In this document: one piece after another, positions 59,038 to 64,000 of the stretch
How positions within the stretch are numbered: the first letter of the stretch is position 1
How the letters are laid out: each line of letters opens with the position of its first letter
Virus record (IMG/VR): IMGVR_UViG_3300037466_002047
Reading direction: 5' to 3' (one strand)
Length of the DNA stretch: 64,000 nt
Origin: an uncultured virus (IMG/VR IMGVR_UViG_3300037466_002047)
Lineage: Duplodnaviria > Heunggongvirae > Uroviricota > Caudoviricetes
Translations under genes and position numbers: made by a program
Notes under the pieces: generated by a model
Seen by the model: the letters and a program-made list of their open reading frames with translations, nothing else
The model's database searches: none
Told to the model about the DNA's origin: nothing

Positions 59038-59346
59038 ATGAAAGAGTTGCTTGGTGATGATCCGCAAGCGTTCGCGCGGCACACCGACCCAGGGACGAGC
59101 CGCGAAGCGGCGGCCCGCATCAGCAGCAAAGTTAATAAGCTCGAGCAGGCGGTCGCTGACTCGATAAAGGCGGCGGGCGTGGCGGGGCGCACGTGGGACG
59201 AGATCGCGGCCGATACCGGGTTGGATAAGGCATCGGTGTCGCCGCGCTTTAAGCCACTGCGCAAAAAAGGCGTCATCCGCGCCAAGGTCGATGATGCTTC
59301 GAAGGAAGTGAGACGCGACCGGCAAACCGTGTGGGTGGCGGTGTAG
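59038..59346 (+). CDS. winged-helix DNA-binding protein
   Basis: AR.TDP.TS.EAA; TWDEIA..TG...SVSPR...L...G; VW. Confidence 0.7.
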   Translation: MKELLGDDPQAFARHTDPGTSREAAARISSKVNKLEQAVADSIKAAGVAGRTWDEIAADTGLDKASVSPRFKPLRKKGVIRAKVDDASKEVRRDRQTVWVAV

Positions 59347-60288
59347 CCATGCCGAGCACGCCCACGGCGGCTGTAGAAAAGCATACGCTTCCGACACGCC
59401 GGAAGCAGCGTGCCGCCGCGCTTTTCGGCCTTCGGATGATCGGGCGGGGATGGAGCGGGCAGGCCAACGAGGAAAACGCCGCTATGAGCGAGGCAGGAGC
59501 AAAGCTGTTGAACGCCGCCCGCGAGGCAGTGCAAGTGGCCACTTGCGACCATCGACTTGAACTGATCGCGAGGCAGGAAAAGGCAGACGGCACCGTCTAC
59601 ACCGCTCACTGCCTTAAATGTCGGGCGCGCTTCACCACGCACCGCCTTTCAGAATTAACAAGATTGTAGAGAGACGCCGCCATGACGATTATGCCTGTAG
59701 AGACGTTTCAGCCGTTTGCGCGGCAGATGTTTGAGGCGGTTTCGGCAGCTTGTGCGCTCCCTGACGGGACTAGTCGCGAAGTACTTTTGAAGTCGCTCGC
59801 CGCTGCCGTTATGGCCGCAACGCATGTGCCGGTCATGGTCACGGACGACAATCTAAAATCGGAGGTGAAATAGCCCGCTATGGCGCAGATCGGCGGAAGG
59901 CTTGGCGGAAAGACCGCAGCTATGGAGAAGCTGCGGGACGAGTTCTTGCGAAAGCATCCGAAGGCTACCGTCGCCACCTGTCATCCTGGCGGCGAGGTCA
60001 TCGTCGAGAAGCACGTCGAGGAACTCGGTCCACTACGGCTAACCGATCAACGGAAGGAATAGCCCGGTGAGCGACAAACGCGAATGGGTGATCCGCAAGC
60101 GCGGATACTTCTACCGGCCCAATCGTGCGGGCTACACGTCGAATATAAACGAGGCTGGGCGTTACACCCAAGCCGAAGCGACGGCGGAGGAACGGGTCGA
60201 GCCGATGCTAATCACCGCGCACCTCGCCTGCGAGTTCGAGAACTTCGCGGCCTACGGGCCGATGGACGACGCAACCTAACAGGTTAGC

Positions 60289-60505
60289 CCGCCATGATCA
60301 CAGATAATAATCGCAGCTTTTTGAAGCTACTCCTGCGGTCCCCCGACATCGGCGACGGCTGGCGTCAGGTTTCGGATGTCGTCTGGCCGCTCGTATCGGG
60401 GTTTGACAAGAAAGAACTACTGGAATTGAACGAAGACGAGAAGCGGGTCCGATTGTCCCCTGACGGTCTAGTCGTAGCGAACTACTTGGTTTGAAGGAAT
60501 ATGCC
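60289..60505 (+). repeat. 217-bp exact direct repeat, copy 1 (carries the 66-aa ORF MITDNNRSF...)
   Basis: base-by-base identical to 62106-62322. Confidence 0.97.
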
Positions 60506-61078
60506 CGTGGCGCGATACACCGACATGGCACTGGCGCAGATCAGGGCGGCAGCAGGAAGCAATCAGGCCGAATGGTCAGAGTTCGACCACGCGATTATGA
60601 ACATCGCGCGGGAGGCCGACGAGGAGGTCGAGCGGCTGCGCCAGGTCGAACACAGGTATTTGGAAATGAGAACGGCCGCTCAATCTGCGGCTCACTCTGG
60701 ATGACAGGATAGCCCCGCAATGTCTTACGCCGACGATCTAGCGAAGGACCGGGACAAGTACCGGGCGCAGCGCAACCAACTTGCGCGGATGCTCGAAACG
60801 CTGATCGAGGATGCTACGCCAAAGAACGTCGCGGCGGCGAAGAAGCTCCTGCGGAAAATTGAGCAGTCGGACCCGATTGCAAATGCAGTATCCAAGATAA
60901 CAGGATAGCCCGGTCATGCTGCGCTATTGGTACACGCTAAAGGGCTGGCTGGAATGGCCGATGTGCTGGGTTCGCGGCCATGACATGCACACGTTCCCGG
61001 CGTCATGTGCGGATGGTGCCGGGTACATCTACTGCACCCGTTGCAACAAATTGGAAGAAGTGTAGGAACACCCCGATC

Positions 61079-61348
61079 ATGTGGCAGCCAATGAAAACCG
61101 CTCCGAAGGACGGGACGTGGATTGTTGCCTTCCGTCCGCCTGCGAATGTCGGATCGTGGGACACCTTCGTTCCCGTCAGGTGGGACCAAGACCTAGAAGA
61201 TTTTGTATGGCCAGACCGGCACTGCACGGTTGATCCGTACACCGCCGCAGCCGATGACGACGATTGGCTGGTCGGTGGCGACTACTACGAAGCCAAGGGA
61301 ACGTTCACCCACTGGATGCCGTTGCCAGACCCGCCGAAAACGAATTGA
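61079..61348 (+). CDS. DUF551-like protein
   Basis: WQPMKTAPKDGT...THWMPLP.PP. Confidence 0.8.
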   Translation: MWQPMKTAPKDGTWIVAFRPPANVGSWDTFVPVRWDQDLEDFVWPDRHCTVDPYTAAADDDDWLVGGDYYEAKGTFTHWMPLPDPPKTN

Positions 61349-62105
61349 ACATTTTGTGGAGATAGGCCGCTGCCATGACCGAACTCAGCGACTACAGGCG
61401 CATGATCGAGAGGCCGATGCTGGCGTCGAAAGATGCCGAGATTGCCCGACTGCGCACCTTGAACCGCAAGCTGGTAATGTCGCTTGCCGTCACCTTCTGC
61501 GCGGGCACGTTCTACTGGCTCGCCTACGTGTTGAGATAGCCCGATCAAACGTCAGATGGCCCCTGGTAGAAGTCGCGGGAAACCGCCGCCAACGGAGGTC
61601 GAGGCGTGACAGACCGGAGAGACGGTCACGAGATAGATGGACCCGACGCGACACCTGCCGGGGTCTATGGTGGACCGCAAGGAGTGGTGCGACAGCCGGA
61701 GAGACGGCACTGAAATAGAGGACGGGCAGGCCGATGACCACTCTTCCTGTTGACTACCGAAAGCGCCCTTGGCGGGCTAAGTACCTAGACGAAGAAACGC
61801 CGGTACTTAGCAGGTGGATTGTGTTTGGCGAATTTGACGACGGCACCGTCGGCATTAGCGACATGAACTCTGACATTTTCGAGCATGTGCCCAGAGACGT
61901 TGCCGAGCAGATTATCGACGCGCGAAACGCCTTTGTTGACGTTGTCTTAAAACACTTCTCCCACCTGTAGGATTGCGCCCGATGCCGCGCTATCGCGTAG
62001 AGTTCAAAGAAACGCGAACCCATGTTGCGGTTATCGAGGCCGACGACGCCGAAATCAAGCGCGTGGTGTCCGCACGGATCGCCATGCATAACCTGTCGAG
62101 ATAGG

Positions 62106-62322
62106 CCGCCATGATCACAGATAATAATCGCAGCTTTTTGAAGCTACTCCTGCGGTCCCCCGACATCGGCGACGGCTGGCGTCAGGTTTCGGATGTCGTC
62201 TGGCCGCTCGTATCGGGGTTTGACAAGAAAGAACTACTGGAATTGAACGAAGACGAGAAGCGGGTCCGATTGTCCCCTGACGGTCTAGTCGTAGCGAACT
62301 ACTTGGTTTGAAGGAATATGCC
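62106..62322 (+). repeat. 217-bp exact direct repeat, copy 2
   Basis: identical to 60289-60505. Confidence 0.97.
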
Positions 62323-62323
62323 G

Positions 62324-62767
62324 CTAACCGAGCGTCCCAGGCGCGAAGCAATATGTCTGCCTACCGCCGCCGACACCTACCCACCACCAAACCGCATGTC
62401 CTGTCGGATTCGGGCCAGTGAGAACCTTGTACTTCTCGATTTTCTCGCCTTCGACTATCACGCTGCCGTCTTGGTTGAGCGTGTAGTCGCCATAGTACGG
62501 ATGCCCGTCTGCTTCGTCACAGCACCATAGGCCAGCTGCGTTGTGCTGTGACCTATACCACTGCGCATGAGGGGCATTGGCGTATTTGCCGGAGGGATCG
62601 CGGGCATGAGCGGTTGCCAGACCAATCAAACATGCGATGATGATCAGTGCACCATAAATGGCTTTCGTCTGCCAGTCGCCAAATCTGCTATAGTCGGACG
62701 TCTCCGGCGAATAGATTTTGCCGCTCAGCCTGAAAGCTTCGGAGAGCGGATCGTCCAGATCGCTCAT
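62324..62767 (-). CDS. secreted/membrane-anchored Cys-containing phage protein
   Basis: TM + AHA, WY......CCDEADG, PNPTGHAVWW, YCFAPG. Confidence 0.7.
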   Translation of the reverse strand: MSDLDDPLSEAFRLSGKIYSPETSDYSRFGDWQTKAIYGALIIIACLIGLATAHARDPSGKYANAPHAQWYRSQHNAAGLWCCDEADGHPYYGDYTLNQDGSVIVEGEKIEKYKVLTGPNPTGHAVWWWVGVGGGRQTYCFAPGTLG

Positions 62768-63105
62768 CCTGTATATTCCCGGTCGATGCCACGTGCGCCG
62801 CGCACAAACCCCTCACCGTGACGCAACTCGTCATAGCGGCGATCAAGGGTATCCATGCGAGCGTCCATCGTATCGAGGCGCTGCTTTTGAACGGCCACGT
62901 CGGTCAGAAGTGTATTGACGACCTTCATTTCATCCTTCAGACCTTTGATCTCGTCTGCTTGTTGCTTCATGGCCAATTCTACCCGCCCGGTAGTGCGACC
63001 GAGTCGGATCAAAATAAGGCCGCCGCCGCCGACGATGCCGATAACTTCGATTAGCTTTAGCCCTGTATCGAGTGCAGCGAGTGCATCGGCCCCTGTCACT
63101 GCCAC
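62764..63105 (-). CDS. TM plus coiled-coil lysis-module-type protein
   Basis: N-terminal TM, heptads, RYDELRHGEGF. Confidence 0.65.
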   Translation of the reverse strand: MAVTGADALAALDTGLKLIEVIGIVGGGGLILIRLGRTTGRVELAMKQQADEIKGLKDEMKVVNTLLTDVAVQKQRLDTMDARMDTLDRRYDELRHGEGFVRGARGIDREYTG

Positions 63106-63215
63106 GACCTTTCATTAACGTTTATTGGTTCAAGATCGTCGGCGGTCATTCGGGCCTCCTTTCAGGCTCGGGTGGTCAGGGTCGGGCGAGCGTTGCCGCG
63201 CTCGTTCGGCCCGCT

Positions 63216-63611
63216 CTACTTTCGTCCGAAAATGGCAATCGCGGCCTGGGAAAGCCCTTGACCTATGCCGACAGCGGCACCGGACGGAAACACGTTGGCG
63301 ATGATGAGCCTCGCCCATTCGAGCGTTTCGCCTTCCAGGTGGGGCGTATGGCCCAGGCCGAGCGCGGAATCCCACGCCACGGACTTGCCGAAGTAGAAGG
63401 CGAGAGGCAGCGTGAATGCGAGCCACGCGACCCAAAAGGCCCGATAGGCCATCGCCGCTTTGGTTTGGCTAAGGCGTGCCTCCAGCGTCTTAATGCGGGC
63501 GTCCCACAGGATTCGCTCTTGATCGGTCTGCGCGTTCTCATGCGCTGTGTAGGCCGCCGTCATATCCTTTAGAATTGCGCCGATCGGATTGAGCCAAGCA
63601 AGGAAGCCCAT
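63216..63611 (-). CDS. holin-like membrane protein
   Basis: amphipathic N-terminus, W...FTLPL..YFGK.V.WD..LGLG.T..L. Confidence 0.65.
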   Translation of the reverse strand: MGFLAWLNPIGAILKDMTAAYTAHENAQTDQERILWDARIKTLEARLSQTKAAMAYRAFWVAWLAFTLPLAFYFGKSVAWDSALGLGHTPHLEGETLEWARLIIANVFPSGAAVGIGQGLSQAAIAIFGRK

Positions 63612-63614
63612 GGC

Positions 63615-63971
63615 TCACGCCTTTTTCAGCGTGCGAGCGCGTGCCCAAGCAACGACGGCGGCAAAGAGAGCTAGGGCAATGCCGACATCCGTGGGCGTCA
63701 CCCACGCCTGGATAACCTGCTTGAATGCGTCTGCTGCGCCGGGATCATTCAGCAGACCGCAAACCCAATCTGTGACTTGGCTGCTAACCGCGACGAGAAG
63801 TCCGGAAAGCACCCCGAGCTGCGCCACAACCATCGTGGCCGATCCCCTCCCCGCATCGATCCATCTGCCGAATCCGGTTGAGGTCGATTTCAGGTACGAG
63901 GAAACGAAGTCATAGAGGACGACCGCGAAGATCGCGAGCGCGACAAAAGTGGTGATAGCTTTGAACGACAT
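63615..63971 (-). CDS. 3-TM holin-like protein
   Basis: three hydrophobic helices; basic C-terminus ARARTLKKA. Confidence 0.6.
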   Translation of the reverse strand: MSFKAITTFVALAIFAVVLYDFVSSYLKSTSTGFGRWIDAGRGSATMVVAQLGVLSGLLVAVSSQVTDWVCGLLNDPGAADAFKQVIQAWVTPTDVGIALALFAAVVAWARARTLKKA

Positions 63972-64000
63972 AGCTCAGCCCTTTTTGTGGAAATATCGAA

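Larger units (their letters stand above)
59469..62323 (+). other. array of about 14 cassette-like units, nearly all single small genes, joined by a conserved purine-rich...CCG junction motif
   Basis: ORFs 59484-59669, 59682-59873, 59880-60062, 60067-60279, 60294-60494, 60507-60704, 60720-60908, 60916-61065, 61079-61348, 61375-61539, 61734-61970, 61982-62104, 62111-62311, each preceded by CCG within 0-5 nt of the start. Confidence 0.8.

Noticed and set aside
60289..62322. 217-bp repeats as phage terminal repeats, IS ends or DGR template/variable repeats
   Set aside because: They are only 1.8 kb apart, direct and fully identical (no adenine-specific differences), and no transposase or reverse transcriptase is present.
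59469..62323. CRISPR array or classical integron
   Set aside because: Junctions are only about 10-13 nt and degenerate, the intervening units are 130-300-bp ORFs, and I saw no attC-type RYYYAAC...GTTRRRY palindromes, cas genes or IntI in the window.
1..64000. Alternative genetic code or stop-codon readthrough
   Set aside because: Core genes (TerL, portal, capsid, exonuclease) are full-length under the standard bacterial code, and the only tRNA is not a suppressor.

Overview
The window is almost entirely a tailed-phage genome with podovirus-like gene content. It is GC-rich, and an alphaproteobacterial (Rhizobiales-like) host is inferred from gene content. Layout: (i) 1-6.8 kb, leftward early/accessory genes, including a tRNA(CAT), a gamma-glutamylcyclotransferase, an amidoligase, two XRE HTH regulators and DUF3489/DUF6011-like proteins; (ii) 7.5-47.5 kb, a rightward operon with TerS, about 15 small inserted ORFs, TerL, portal, scaffold, N4-gp56-like major capsid, adaptor/nozzle, ejection proteins, virion lysozyme, tail fibre/spike, endolysin and holin/spanin-like genes; (iii) 47.3-54.5 kb, a leftward recombination operon (YqaJ exonuclease, ERF) containing a ~600-nt structured non-coding segment; (iv) 54.6-59.3 kb, a rightward replication operon (HNH, RuvC-like, MT-A70, O-like initiator with internal iterons); (v) 59.47-62.32 kb, an array of about 14 units, nearly all single tiny genes, whose junctions all carry a purine-rich motif ending in an invariant CCG, with one 217-bp unit duplicated exactly junction-to-junction. 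This cassette-like array is the most striking signal. (vi) 62.3-64 kb, a second, convergent lysis-type gene block that looks like it belongs to another phage. I recognised no integrase, DNA polymerase or CRISPR array. All family assignments come from motif recognition by eye; no database searches were run.
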